DNA from: Synechococcus sp.
GTDB lineage: Bacteria; Cyanobacteriota; Cyanobacteriia; PCC-6307; Cyanobiaceae
Assembly: GCA_047284725.1 (NCBI GenBank)
Contig: JBJBEO010000001.1
Span: 1,656,203-1,720,202 of the forward strand
Direction: 5' to 3'
DNA length: 64,000 nt
Shown: positions 52,101 through 60,863 of the stretch, piece by piece
Layout of the letters: every line of letters begins with the position of its first letter
How positions within the stretch are numbered: position 1 is the stretch's first letter
Made by a program: the position numbers and the translations under genes
The notes under the pieces: generated by a model
The model's input: the letters and a program-made list of their open reading frames with translations, nothing else
Told to the model about the DNA's origin: nothing
Database searches by the model: none

Positions 52101-52388
52101 TCAGTCGACCAGCTCCACCCCTTTGCCGCGATAGAAGGCAAAGCGTTCGCAAATGTTGTCCGCTGCGGGCTTCGGGGTGTCGTAGCTCCACACCACATTG
52201 GTGAGCACCCGGCCCTCCACCACCACATCCCAGTAACGGGCCGTGCCCTTCCAGCCGCAGACCGTTGTGAGCGAAGACTCCCTGAAATACTCCATGCGCA
52301 TGGCGTCCCGAGGGAAATAGGGATTGCCATCCACGATCACAATGTCGTCGCTTTCAGCCAGCACAACCGCATCACAGAGGGCTTTCAT
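52101..52388 (-). CDS. DUF427 domain protein
   Basis: VLAESDD, DGNPYFP, CGWKGTARY, WSYDTPK; start at MKALCD. Confidence 0.88.
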   Translation of the reverse strand: MKALCDAVVLAESDDIVIVDGNPYFPRDAMRMEYFRESSLTTVCGWKGTARYWDVVVEGRVLTNVVWSYDTPKPAADNICERFAFYRGKGVELVD

Positions 52389-52556
52389 AGCCTTGCCATC
52401 AGGAGCCCTCACCGTAAGCAGGGCCGTGCCCTGACCGATGGCGGCAACCGAGACAGGAAGGAGAGCACGAAGACGGCAAGCCGCACCGACCGGTGCCACG
52501 AACCGCACGGCAGCCCCATAGGGTTTGATTCGCCTCAGCCTGAAACGGCCAATCGC

Positions 52557-52730
52557 ATGGTGGACCTCTACCTCGCTGCCCGTCTGCATAACCGGATCTC
52601 AGACGCGGACTACAGGTCTCTGCTGCTGAAGCAGGACCTGGACACCCAGGAACAGAAACTGCGGCAAACCCTGCTCCGCCTGGTCGAGGCTGGATCGATT
52701 CGCCTCGAGGCGGCAGTCAGCGCCGCCTGA
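52557..52730 (+). CDS. 57-aa hypothetical protein (not in ORF track)
   Basis: Hand translation [57 protein letters not shown]; fills a gap with typical codon usage. Confidence 0.65.
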   Translation: MVDLYLAARLHNRISDADYRSLLLKQDLDTQEQKLRQTLLRLVEAGSIRLEAAVSAA

Positions 52731-52776
52731 AGGCGCTAGCTGTAGGGGGCATTTCCGACAAGGAGCCTCTGCATCA

Positions 52777-53133
52777 ATGCTGATCACGACCACTCCCAGT
52801 GTTGAAGGCCAGAGCGTGATTCATTACCGAGGTCTGGTGACCGGCGAAGCGATCATCGGTGCCAATATTTTTCGCGACATGCTTGCCAGCATGCGCGACA
52901 TCGTGGGTGGACGCTCGAAGGCTTACGAAGAAGCCCTCGAAAAGGCGCGCCATGCAGCCACCGAAGAAATGATCCGACGTGCCGTGTCGATGAATGCCAA
53001 TGCGGTGCTGGGCGTGGACCTTGATTACGAGGTCTTCGGTGACGGTGGAATGATGCTGGTCTCGGTCAGCGGAACCGCTGTTTTGCTCGATGGACAGATG
53101 CCCAAGCGTGATCTGCCGCCGACGTCCCGTTAA
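52777..53133 (+). CDS. YbjQ/UPF0145 family protein
   Basis: [41 protein letters not shown]. Confidence 0.92.
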   Translation: MLITTTPSVEGQSVIHYRGLVTGEAIIGANIFRDMLASMRDIVGGRSKAYEEALEKARHAATEEMIRRAVSMNANAVLGVDLDYEVFGDGGMMLVSVSGTAVLLDGQMPKRDLPPTSR

Positions 53134-53234
53134 AAACTCTGGGGAAAAAAATAAGCACAATGCCCCAGGGCATCTTCAGGCCGATGGCCCCATCCTTGAG
53201 CCACGGGCATCAGACCTGGCCGGGTTGGGGACAC

Positions 53235-53260
53235 AGTCGAGGGTGAAACCTCGACTTTTT
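53235..53260 (+). terminator. Intrinsic terminator
   Basis: AGTCGAGG-GTGAAA-CCTCGACT followed by TTTT. Confidence 0.8.
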
Positions 53261-53295
53261 CATGGGCCAGGCCTCTGGGGATCCCGGGTGATCCC

Positions 53296-53634
53296 TCAGC
53301 CGAAGGTGTTGCCGTTCCACCCCCAAGCACTGGCCTTCACATCGTCGAAGCCGACGTAGATGCGATTGGCGGGGATCGCAAGGCGCTCGCTGATCAACGC
53401 GCAGAAGGCCGCCGTCATCGCCGGCGGCTTCAGTGCACCGATCGACTTGACTTCCACGTAGGCACAAGGCTCCGTGGTGCCGGCGAAGGTCATCGGCACG
53501 GCTGTTTCCAGCAGCGTCATCACATAGGCCTCCGGCTTGCCGGTCTGCTGCGCCAGAGTCGCCGACAGCTCCTTGAGCAACCCATCGGCATCCTCCACTC
53601 CGGGCAGGGACGTGCGCACGTTGATCAGGGGCAC
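53296..53634 (-). CDS. MIF/phenylpyruvate tautomerase family protein
   Basis: Catalytic N-terminal Pro, GKPEAYVM, KSIG, RIY, WGWNGNTF. Confidence 0.92.
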   Translation of the reverse strand: MPLINVRTSLPGVEDADGLLKELSATLAQQTGKPEAYVMTLLETAVPMTFAGTTEPCAYVEVKSIGALKPPAMTAAFCALISERLAIPANRIYVGFDDVKASAWGWNGNTFG

Positions 53635-53738
53635 CGCAGATCAGGCAGGGATGGGCGCATCCTGCCAGGTTTCCAAGTGACAATCGTGAGCACGAACGCA
53701 CACTGCCGATAGGCTTCGATCGATCCGGAAGGAAGCAG

Positions 53739-53837
53739 GTGTTTCAGCCCAACGACCCCCGCTTCTGGAAAGCGATTCTGGGCGTGGTGTCCCTGACACT
53801 CAGCTGCGCCTTGGCCTGGCTGATGCTTCAGCTTTGA
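53739..53837 (+). CDS. 32-aa single-TM peptide (not in ORF track)
   Basis: GTG start after GGAAGGAAG; MFQPNDPRFWKAILGVVSLTLSCALAWLMLQL; stop overlaps the next TTG start. Confidence 0.5.
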   Translation: MFQPNDPRFWKAILGVVSLTLSCALAWLMLQL

Positions 53838-54064
53838 GCTCACCGTCTTTCAGTCGCCGATCGTGGCGCAATTTCCTGATCAAGATTGCGCTCTACTGGA
53901 TCGCGGAGTTGGTGATCTGCCGCATCGACGGATCACGGTTGATCTGCAGAGTGATTGCCAAGGGCTTCTGGCCCTGCCTGGCAACCTTTGCCCTGATGGA
54001 TTTTCTGGTGCTGCCGCAACTGGGGCAGCGATTGCGCAACCGCCGTCAGGGTCGAGAGCGCTGA
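53834..54064 (+). CDS. Small hypothetical membrane protein
   Basis: Two hydrophobic segments, basic tail. Confidence 0.5.
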   Translation: MSSPSFSRRSWRNFLIKIALYWIAELVICRIDGSRLICRVIAKGFWPCLATFALMDFLVLPQLGQRLRNRRQGRER

Positions 54065-54318
54065 TCGGCCACCGCCTGGGCATGGATGGTGGTCATGGTG
54101 TCGTCAAGGCTGGCGATGTCATGGAGGCCATTCGCATCGAACCAGGGGGCTGTCGCCCAGTCGAATCCTTCACCAAAGGTGTTGTCGGGCGCCACCACAT
54201 ACCAGTGGCAATCAGCATCGGGCACATCCACTGCACATTGGGACCAGTCGCTCTGCCACTGGGGAACCTGCACCCACATCACAGCCGCAGCAAGCAGAGA
54301 CAGAAGCCCGCGAAACAT
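54046..54318 (-). CDS. Small Trp/Asp-rich secreted protein
   Basis: Signal-like N-terminus then VQVPQWQSDWSQCAVDVPDADCHWYVVAPDNTFGEGF. Confidence 0.75.
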   Translation of the reverse strand: MFRGLLSLLAAAVMWVQVPQWQSDWSQCAVDVPDADCHWYVVAPDNTFGEGFDWATAPWFDANGLHDIASLDDTMTTIHAQAVADQRSRP

Positions 54319-54386
54319 GATTCCCATGCTGAGACGCAGACTGTAGTGTCCAACCACCGGACGCTGCGACTGATCAGGCTGGGGGA

Positions 54387-54530
54387 TCAGGCCTTGACCT
54401 TGCGGAACGCACGGATCTCGCGACTGAGCTCCTTGAGTCCAGACAGGAGACCAATCAAGGTGAGTGTGGCCACTCCGGTGATCAGAACCGTATCCCTCAG
54501 GGCTGATGGATCACTGATCAAAGACGACAT
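54387..54530 (-). CDS. 47-aa single-TM peptide
   Basis: MSSLISDPSALRDTVLITGVATLTLIGLLSGLKELSREIRAFRKVKA. Confidence 0.5.
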   Translation of the reverse strand: MSSLISDPSALRDTVLITGVATLTLIGLLSGLKELSREIRAFRKVKA

Positions 54531-54620
54531 GGCAGACGTGAAGACCGACATCACAGCACCGGAGGAGCTGCTGTCTTGATAGCAACGGTGGTTCAATACG
54601 AACCAGGAGACCGGCACGAC

Positions 54621-55784
54621 ATGCAGATTGCGCGAGCCCTGAAGCTGTTCACCGGCTTGAGCCTCGCCACCCTTCTGCCGTTCTCCGCTTTGGCAGCGCC
54701 CCAGCAGACAGCACCGGCGACGCTCGCCGCGGCCGAACGCAGCGCCAGCCAGCGCGGCCGTGCAAAACCAGAGGCCCCGCAGAAACAACGGACCACCAAC
54801 GCGGACCTCAAGGAACTGCTGAATCGGGTGCGCGACACCGACAGCTCAGATCCGATCACGTACACGGAGTTCATCGGCGCCCATCACCAATTGCTGGGGT
54901 TGTACTGGCGCGACATCGCCAGTGACCGGGTCGGCACGCTCCCGCTGGTCACCTTGATGGGCCGCGGAGGTCGGTTTTCGGGCTGCGGTCGCGCCAGACA
55001 CGTGAACGCTTACTGCCCTGAATCCAGCGAAATCATTCTCAGCACCAGGGGGATGCAGTGGACTCAGCGCTTTTCCAAAGCCAAACGCAACCTGGTGGGA
55101 CTCACCGTGCTGGCCCATGAATGGGGGCATCACGTGAACCATCACAGCACTCGAGGCCGCTACAGCAGACGCGAGGAAGATGCCGCCGACTGGCGGGCGG
55201 GACGGTATCTGGCCTGGCTGATGGCCAATGACGCCCTCTCGGTGAAGGATTTCACCGATGCCGCCAACCTGTTCTTCAGCATCGGCGACTTCCACATGGG
55301 GTCGCCTCACAACAATCCAAAAGCCCGTTATGAGGCCTTCATCGCCGGGGTCGGTGACGAACAACCGACAGGCCTGCAACGCGATGGCTGGACGATGGAC
55401 ACCTCGGAAACGTTTTCAAAAGTGACCAATCATCGGGGCAGTCGAGGCGATGGCAAGCCTGGGCCCAAAAAGGTGACGGCCGAGGTGTATCGCTTCGAGA
55501 TCGAGAGGGGCGGACAGATCGCCGGCAACATCTTCAGCGCGTTCCTGGGCCTTGTGAACTGCGGCACAGGGTCGGGCTCGTCCTGCACCAATGCTCTCGG
55601 TCAGCAGGGCCAAGCCAAACCCGATGGCTGGTACAGGCTTCGCACGATGCGCATCAACTGCGAACAGGGCACTTTCGACATCGACAACGATGGCATCAGG
55701 CGTCAGCCCCTGAAGGGCGACCGCAAAGGGCAGGCGGCTCTGATCGCAGAACGAGCCTGCACACCTGAGGGTGCCCAGGGCTGA
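54621..55784 (+). CDS. Secreted neutral zinc metallopeptidase-like protein
   Basis: Signal peptide, NAYCP, VLAHEWGHHV, EEDAADWRAG. Confidence 0.8.
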   Translation: MQIARALKLFTGLSLATLLPFSALAAPQQTAPATLAAAERSASQRGRAKPEAPQKQRTTNADLKELLNRVRDTDSSDPITYTEFIGAHHQLLGLYWRDIASDRVGTLPLVTLMGRGGRFSGCGRARHVNAYCPESSEIILSTRGMQWTQRFSKAKRNLVGLTVLAHEWGHHVNHHSTRGRYSRREEDAADWRAGRYLAWLMANDALSVKDFTDAANLFFSIGDFHMGSPHNNPKARYEAFIAGVGDEQPTGLQRDGWTMDTSETFSKVTNHRGSRGDGKPGPKKVTAEVYRFEIERGGQIAGNIFSAFLGLVNCGTGSGSSCTNALGQQGQAKPDGWYRLRTMRINCEQGTFDIDNDGIRRQPLKGDRKGQAALIAERACTPEGAQG

Positions 55785-55848
55785 CCAGCAGTAGGCACCG
55801 GCGGGAGAAGACGTCATGATCCGCGCAGATGACGGCGAGGCCATGGCC

Positions 55849-55947
55849 ATGAACGGCAAACTCCTGGTGATCGGAATGCTGGTATCGCTGCTGGGGATCG
55901 CGATCTATGAATCGTTGCTGGTGCGAGGGCTGAGCCCGATGCCGTGA
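55849..55947 (+). CDS. About 32-aa single-TM peptide (not in ORF track)
   Basis: MNGKLLVIGMLVSLLGIAIYESLLVRGLSPMP; alternative starts at 55816 and 55843. Confidence 0.5.
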   Translation: MNGKLLVIGMLVSLLGIAIYESLLVRGLSPMP

Positions 55948-56045
55948 CAGGCGGGGGTTCAACCAGCCGCAACCCAGGGCTAACCGGTTGATAACGACAC
56001 ATCGTGCAATCCCCGGCTTGACTTGTCGCGCAATCCTGAACCTGC

Positions 56046-56417
56046 GTGACCGAGCTCATTCCTCAGCCTGAGATGGAGCACAGCTCTGCTCAAGCGAGCG
56101 CCACGGCCTCATCTGGACGACCTCAGCCAACCGCCAAGGAACAGCATTTCCACACCCTGTTTCAAGCCAAACTGAGGGCCTACTGCCTCAACACCAAGCA
56201 GCGGGAAGCCATCCGCCGCAGCGAAGATCTTGCTGACAAAGTGCGGTACATCTGCAACGACCTTGAACTGATCCTGGCCGAACTTGAGAGTCCTGCTTTT
56301 GCGGAGTTCGATGCATGTCAGCAATCGTCACTCCATCACAGTCGAACGGCAGTGAAAAATGCCATGCATCACCTTGATCTCACCCGTCATTGGAGACCAA
56401 CTGCTCAGGCACAATGA
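56046..56417 (+). CDS. Hypothetical helical protein
   Basis: 123-aa ORF; no family recognised. Confidence 0.55.
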   Translation: MTELIPQPEMEHSSAQASATASSGRPQPTAKEQHFHTLFQAKLRAYCLNTKQREAIRRSEDLADKVRYICNDLELILAELESPAFAEFDACQQSSLHHSRTAVKNAMHHLDLTRHWRPTAQAQ

Positions 56418-56515
56418 CGCAACAGACACCAATTCAATTCGGCATTCGCTGACATCAACCACCGTTTCCAGGCATCAACGGCAGGGTGTTGTTCAACTTC
56501 GCTCTCGCTCGTGTG

Positions 56516-56680
56516 ATGGAATCCTCCTTCAGCGATGAAGCACAGATTCTCCGATACCAGCTGCATCGCAATGATGCTCTCGATACCCTCTGTTTCTGCG
56601 AGTCGTGCAAAGTGATCCGCAAAAAGATCAACCTGCTCCAACTGCGCGACGTCCGCAACTTTCTGGGCGAAGCCTCCTGA
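56516..56680 (+). CDS. Small protein with CxCxxC motif
   Basis: MESSFSDEAQ...LCFCESCKVIRKK. Confidence 0.45.
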   Translation: MESSFSDEAQILRYQLHRNDALDTLCFCESCKVIRKKINLLQLRDVRNFLGEAS

Positions 56681-56686
56681 CAAGCG

Positions 56687-56812
56687 ATGGATCCTGAAGT
56701 CCGTCAGTTTGTTGCGCTGCAGCTGTTGGTGATCGTGGTCCCCGTGGGCAGCCTGTTCGCGATCTGGATTGCCATGCTTGGTCGACGGCGTCATCATCGC
56801 GGGCACGACTAA
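56687..56812 (+). CDS. 41-aa single-TM peptide with basic tail (not in ORF track)
   Basis: MDPEVRQFVALQLLVIVVPVGSLFAIWIAMLGRRRHHRGHD. Confidence 0.55.
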   Translation: MDPEVRQFVALQLLVIVVPVGSLFAIWIAMLGRRRHHRGHD

Positions 56813-57075
56813 AAGCGTGTTTGACACCGCGCCGGGTAGAACTGAAGTTCACCATCAAACTGACTTTCAGTTGGAGAGTAGACGTAGGGAGCACGGTTCC
56901 CGGTGCCCAGCTCACCGACTGAACAGTTGAAATCCTGCTGATCAATTTCAAGCTGAAATGTTTCCACTCTCACCCCTTCGGGTTCATCCCTTGCGGGCTT
57001 CTCAAGCTCAATGGGTGGCATGGGCGAAGCAGAGACACCGGCAGATGTGAGGGCAAGCGCAAGGGAGAACAACAT
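56809..57075 (-). CDS. Small secreted protein with two Cys
   Basis: Signal peptide MLFSLALALTSAGVSA. Confidence 0.55.
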   Translation of the reverse strand: MLFSLALALTSAGVSASPMPPIELEKPARDEPEGVRVETFQLEIDQQDFNCSVGELGTGNRAPYVYSPTESQFDGELQFYPARCQTRF

Positions 57076-57132
57076 CAGGAATGCCTGCTGGTCAGGCCGT
57101 GACGACTTGGAGGATTTGCAGGACTGACAGTC

Positions 57133-57324
57133 TCAGGTGTCACCGCTGGATGTCTCCATCGGCAGGATCGAATACTCAATCCGCTCATCGGAGCAACAGG
57201 TGCCTGCATAAAAGCGTTCCAGCTCGTCGTAGGCCTCGCCATAGCTTGAGAAGTGCAGACGGGTGATGCCATCCTCACGGCCATCGTCACGCACGATCCG
57301 GTAGGTCCTGGGTTCAGAGGTCAC
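57133..57324 (-). CDS. Small acidic protein with CC motif
   Basis: GTG start overlapping the upstream stop (GTGA); FSSYGEAYDELERFYAGTCCSDERIEYSI. Confidence 0.65.
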   Translation of the reverse strand: MTSEPRTYRIVRDDGREDGITRLHFSSYGEAYDELERFYAGTCCSDERIEYSILPMETSSGDT

Positions 57325-57530
57325 TCCGACCGGGAAGGTGTTGTTGGACTTTGACGGCGACAGCGCCGATCGGGGGGACGTCGCCAAAAGCTCAAATAGG
57401 CCTTGGCCGTTGACAGATCAGCGCAATACACGCAATTCCGTCCTGTGCATGGGCGATAAATCGGCCCGTCATGCCCTTCAAACCGATGCATCACCAGGCC
57501 GTCCCGTTGCAACGGCTGCGAGTCATCCAC
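57321..57530 (-). CDS. Cys-rich microprotein, paralog A
   Basis: GTG after GGGGAGGAAGG; YRPCTGRNCVYCAD motif, also present at 63278-63499. Confidence 0.7.
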   Translation of the reverse strand: MDDSQPLQRDGLVMHRFEGHDGPIYRPCTGRNCVYCADLSTAKAYLSFWRRPPDRRCRRQSPTTPSRSE

Positions 57531-57690
57531 CGCCTTCCTCCCCTTGCTTGAGGTGCACGAGCACGCATTGGTCCACACACACGCCATCGTTGATGTCACA
57601 CGTGGTGATGCATTCGAAATAGGACTCGACGGGGTCAGCCAACTCATGCTGTTCAGACACAGCCAACGGCCCCATCGCTTGCATCGTCAT
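57523..57690 (-). CDS. 55-aa twin-Cx3C microprotein (not in ORF track)
   Basis: GGAGGA RBS; MTMQAMGPLAVSEQHELADPVESYFECITTCDINDGVCVDQCVLVHLKQGEEGGG. Confidence 0.75.
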   Translation of the reverse strand: MTMQAMGPLAVSEQHELADPVESYFECITTCDINDGVCVDQCVLVHLKQGEEGGG

Positions 57691-57790
57691 TCACCGTCCT
57701 CCACTGATTAAATCCCTGGGAAAAATCTATCCCTGCCGTGATCGCATTCTTGCTGAGATTGAGAAGAACAAAGTACCCAGAGACAATTAC

Positions 57791-57973
57791 CTAGGCCTGA
57801 TGATTCGCCTCTTCCTGCTGGCGAATCAACCAATCAATCGCCTCCTCGAGACGCAACGGTTCAAGCCGCCAGGTGCGATGACGCCTGCCACCACAGTCAA
57901 CGCGGCGGTAGGCGCGACCATCAATCACCACCAGGCGGGGATGCTCCTGACAGGAGTGACTGGCCTCAGTCAC
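57791..57973 (-). CDS. Small hypothetical protein
   Basis: GTG start overlapping the end of the upstream gene; VVIDGRAYRRVDC...WRLEPL. Confidence 0.45.
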   Translation of the reverse strand: MTEASHSCQEHPRLVVIDGRAYRRVDCGGRRHRTWRLEPLRLEEAIDWLIRQQEEANHQA

Positions 57974-58265
57974 GTCGGAGCCAGGACGAAGCGCCTCCAA
58001 ACCAATCGCCAAGATCATCATCAGGGCGGAAGTGATCGCCGGGATCCGTTGAGCCCAGATCGAGATCGTCGAGCAGTGCATCCACACCGCAGGGCGCTTC
58101 GGTGCGTTGACGCTGTCGCTGGGCACGATGGACCCAGCTCATCACCGTGCGATCACGGTCGGCATATTTCTGCAATAACACGCGCTCTTTCAAGCTGACC
58201 GGATCGCCACACGCCATCCGCTCAAGAATGGCCTGCAACATCAATCGAGTGTTGGTTGTGAGCAT
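57966..58265 (-). CDS. Hypothetical protein
   Basis: AGGAGGG RBS; MLTTNTRLMLQAILER...DWFGGASSWLRRD. Confidence 0.75.
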   Translation of the reverse strand: MLTTNTRLMLQAILERMACGDPVSLKERVLLQKYADRDRTVMSWVHRAQRQRQRTEAPCGVDALLDDLDLGSTDPGDHFRPDDDLGDWFGGASSWLRRD

Positions 58266-58385
58266 GAAATCCCTCCTTTGGCCTCTGATAGGGCGCGCAG
58301 GATGGCATCACTGTGGCCGCCACGACAGAACACCGTCCCTGTGGCCGAATCAAAACACTTCTTCGCTCCTCCGGTAGGAAGGAAA

Positions 58386-58877
58386 TCAAAAGAAGCGGTG
58401 GCGGTGCGTCACCTTGACTGCCTGCAATCGTGGGTCCATTCGCTGCACCAGGTCGCCCGATCGCCCCTGGCCTTCGAGCACGATCCGCTGATTGGTTCCC
58501 TTGACCCGAACAGCCAGTTCGGAATAGGTCCAATCCCCACCCGATCGCGACGCCACAACAACAATGTCAGCCTGGCCCTTCGGTCCGGAAATGGGGATCA
58601 ACAGCCGAGCATTGCCTCTGGACCCTCGGATCTGCACGCTGCCCGACACCAACCAGCCAGGCGCAATCGGCTGTCCGATCGCCCGCTGCACACGCTCATT
58701 GCTCCGCACCTGAGCCAGGGCATGGGCATAGGGCGTACTCGACTTCAGCAGGCCGAAAACGCCCAACACCGCCATCACCACGAAACCGGCACAACCCAGC
58801 AGCACCGTGGCCAGCACGGCAGGCACAAACCAGCACCAGTGGCGTGTGAACCAATGGCCAGGCTTGGCTTGGGGCAT
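58386..58877 (-). CDS. Coa1 (cytochrome c oxidase assembly factor 1)-like protein
   Basis: W-rich N-terminus, TM, KSS..Y..AL, IGQPI..G, IPISGPKG. Confidence 0.75.
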   Translation of the reverse strand: MPQAKPGHWFTRHWCWFVPAVLATVLLGCAGFVVMAVLGVFGLLKSSTPYAHALAQVRSNERVQRAIGQPIAPGWLVSGSVQIRGSRGNARLLIPISGPKGQADIVVVASRSGGDWTYSELAVRVKGTNQRIVLEGQGRSGDLVQRMDPRLQAVKVTHRHRFF

Positions 58878-58955
58878 GGGATCGGGCCTTGACACATCAG
58901 GCACACATCAACAGCGTGCGATGCCTTCAGAATGCAGGAGATCCGCAGAGCTTGC

Positions 58956-59486
58956 ATGCGCCGGCTGTTCGTATTGCTGCTGATGGGCTTGGCCTTGATC
59001 TGGCCCGTCTCTGTGCAGGCCACCTCTCTGGAGGTGACGATCCACAGCATCAGCGCTGACGGCGTCGGCGATCCGATCGGCAGCGTCAGCATCCGCGACA
59101 GCGATCAGGGCCTGGAGGTGATTCCCACCCTGACCGGTCTCAGCCCTGGCGAGCATGGTTTTCATCTGCATGAGAACAACAGCTGCGACCCAGACCTCAA
59201 TGGCGAAGGTGTTGCTGTTGCCGGGCTGGCGGCTGGTGGTCACTGGGATCCGGACGACAGCGGCACCCATCTCGGACCGTTCGGCAACGGGCACCGCGGC
59301 GATCTCAGCCGCCTGATCGTGGACGATGACGGCAGCACTCCCACCAGCGTGGTGGCGCCCCGACTGAGCACCGCCGATCTTCCTGGCAAGGCCCTGGTGG
59401 TCCACGCCGGTGGTGACACCTACAGCGACACCCCGCCTCTGGGTGGTGGGGGAGCCCGCATCGCCTGCGGGGTGGTGGGACGTTGA
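58956..59486 (+). CDS. sodC: Periplasmic Cu/Zn superoxide dismutase
   Basis: Signal peptide, HGFHLHE, AGGHWDP, H.GP...GH.GDL, VVH, GGGGARIACG. Confidence 0.96.
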   Translation: MRRLFVLLLMGLALIWPVSVQATSLEVTIHSISADGVGDPIGSVSIRDSDQGLEVIPTLTGLSPGEHGFHLHENNSCDPDLNGEGVAVAGLAAGGHWDPDDSGTHLGPFGNGHRGDLSRLIVDDDGSTPTSVVAPRLSTADLPGKALVVHAGGDTYSDTPPLGGGGARIACGVVGR

Positions 59487-59590
59487 TCCATCGGCTCCTC
59501 GGTGTTCAGGATCGCAGAGTCGCGGATGGCCTTGCAGCCCAGGCTCAGCCTGCCTAGACCGAGGCCTCAGCGTTGGGAGCAGACATCGGC

Positions 59591-59941
59591 ATGCGGACGT
59601 ACAACGTGCGGTTTGAAGCCGATGGCGCTGATCTGTTCGTGGAACTTCATTCCAACGACGATCTCAATCGCCTGCATCTGCTGGAACAGGTGATGGCGAT
59701 CCTAGAAGACCGGCACGGCCTTGAAATCCAGACCAGCGAACAGGGTGATGTCACCCGGGTGGAGCACAGCGATGGATCGGAATTGCTGGCCTGGCTCTCG
59801 ATTGCCGAAGACAACGCCCGTCAGGCTCTGGATGACGATGGCCTCGATGAAATCCTCACCTGCCTGGCCTTTCTCGTGTTCCCGCCGGTGGTGGACACCA
59901 CCAGCACATCCCCTGAGGGGGTCACGACCACGTTGGCCTAG
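59591..59941 (+). CDS. Acidic hypothetical protein
   Basis: MRTYNVRFEADG... ORF downstream of sodC. Confidence 0.6.
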   Translation: MRTYNVRFEADGADLFVELHSNDDLNRLHLLEQVMAILEDRHGLEIQTSEQGDVTRVEHSDGSELLAWLSIAEDNARQALDDDGLDEILTCLAFLVFPPVVDTTSTSPEGVTTTLA

Positions 59942-60498
59942 GCCACCGGCCCAGACGCGTTGGGAGATCCATCAAAACCCTGCCAGGCGAAGGCCCAGCT
60001 CCACCGAGGCAAGTCCCAGCAGGAAGGTCACGCCGAGCAGGGACGCTCCTTTAAGAGATCTCGCCATGCAGGCATCGGCTGTTGATGAACGTGATTGAAG
60101 CCGAATCGGACCGCGCAAACAGACACAACCGCCACCATTGCGCCATGGCTTCTGACCATCCCCGCGGTCGGAACGGTTGCCCGAGGGCGCGTTCGGGAGC
60201 CGCCGATCGATCCCGACTCCACTTCAAAGTTCAACAAAGGGAAGCCGCATCCGTTCAGACCTGACAGGTTGAGGCCATGAACGGACAACACACTCCCCTG
60301 CGCCCCCAGGCCCCCAACAACCGCACCAACAAACCATCAGCCCATCGAACTGAACAGCCCCGCGAGATTGCGTCCGGACTGATCAGCTGGAATGAACTGA
60401 TCGGCGAACGCTGAGCGCGCTTCCTGCACCCACGCCACCCATCCGGCCTGGCGAATGAGCAACTCAACGGGTATGCAGATCGGACACCACGTTCGACA

Positions 60499-60861
60499 GT
60501 GGAAGCATTCCCCTCCAAGACGGTCTTCGATCGCCTGTCGCGAGATCAACCTGTCGATGTCATGAACAACCTTGCCGGTGCGTTTCTGAAAACCACGCCG
60601 CTGCTGATGTCGGTGAGTGCGGCGGAAGAATGCAGAAGCCGTAATGACAGGCAGAGCTATTTCGCGATCACACGCGATCTGGTGCAGGCCCAGTTCGTCC
60701 TGGCTGATGCGGAACTGAGCCGCCGTCTCTGGCAGGAGGTGGCCGATCGTGATCTGGAAGTCGGCCGCATCCTGCATCTGCTCTATGGCTGCGTCTGCCA
60801 TGACGACGACGACGAAATGACCCTTGTCGACGACACCTTTCTGTCGATGGGTCTCGATTGA
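60499..60861 (+). CDS. Hypothetical protein with acidic GCVCHDDDDE tail
   Basis: 120-aa ORF abutting the DUF411 gene. Confidence 0.65.
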   Translation: MEAFPSKTVFDRLSRDQPVDVMNNLAGAFLKTTPLLMSVSAAEECRSRNDRQSYFAITRDLVQAQFVLADAELSRRLWQEVADRDLEVGRILHLLYGCVCHDDDDEMTLVDDTFLSMGLD

Positions 60862-60863
60862 CC

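Noticed and set aside
53296..53634. Eukaryote-like cytokine MIF homologue as a novelty
   Set aside because: MIF homologues are already known from marine picocyanobacteria.
57740..57780. Fur-like or LexA-like site upstream of the Cys operon
   Set aside because: Only partial matches; GAAC-N3-GTAC has the wrong spacing for LexA and there is no clean Fur palindrome.
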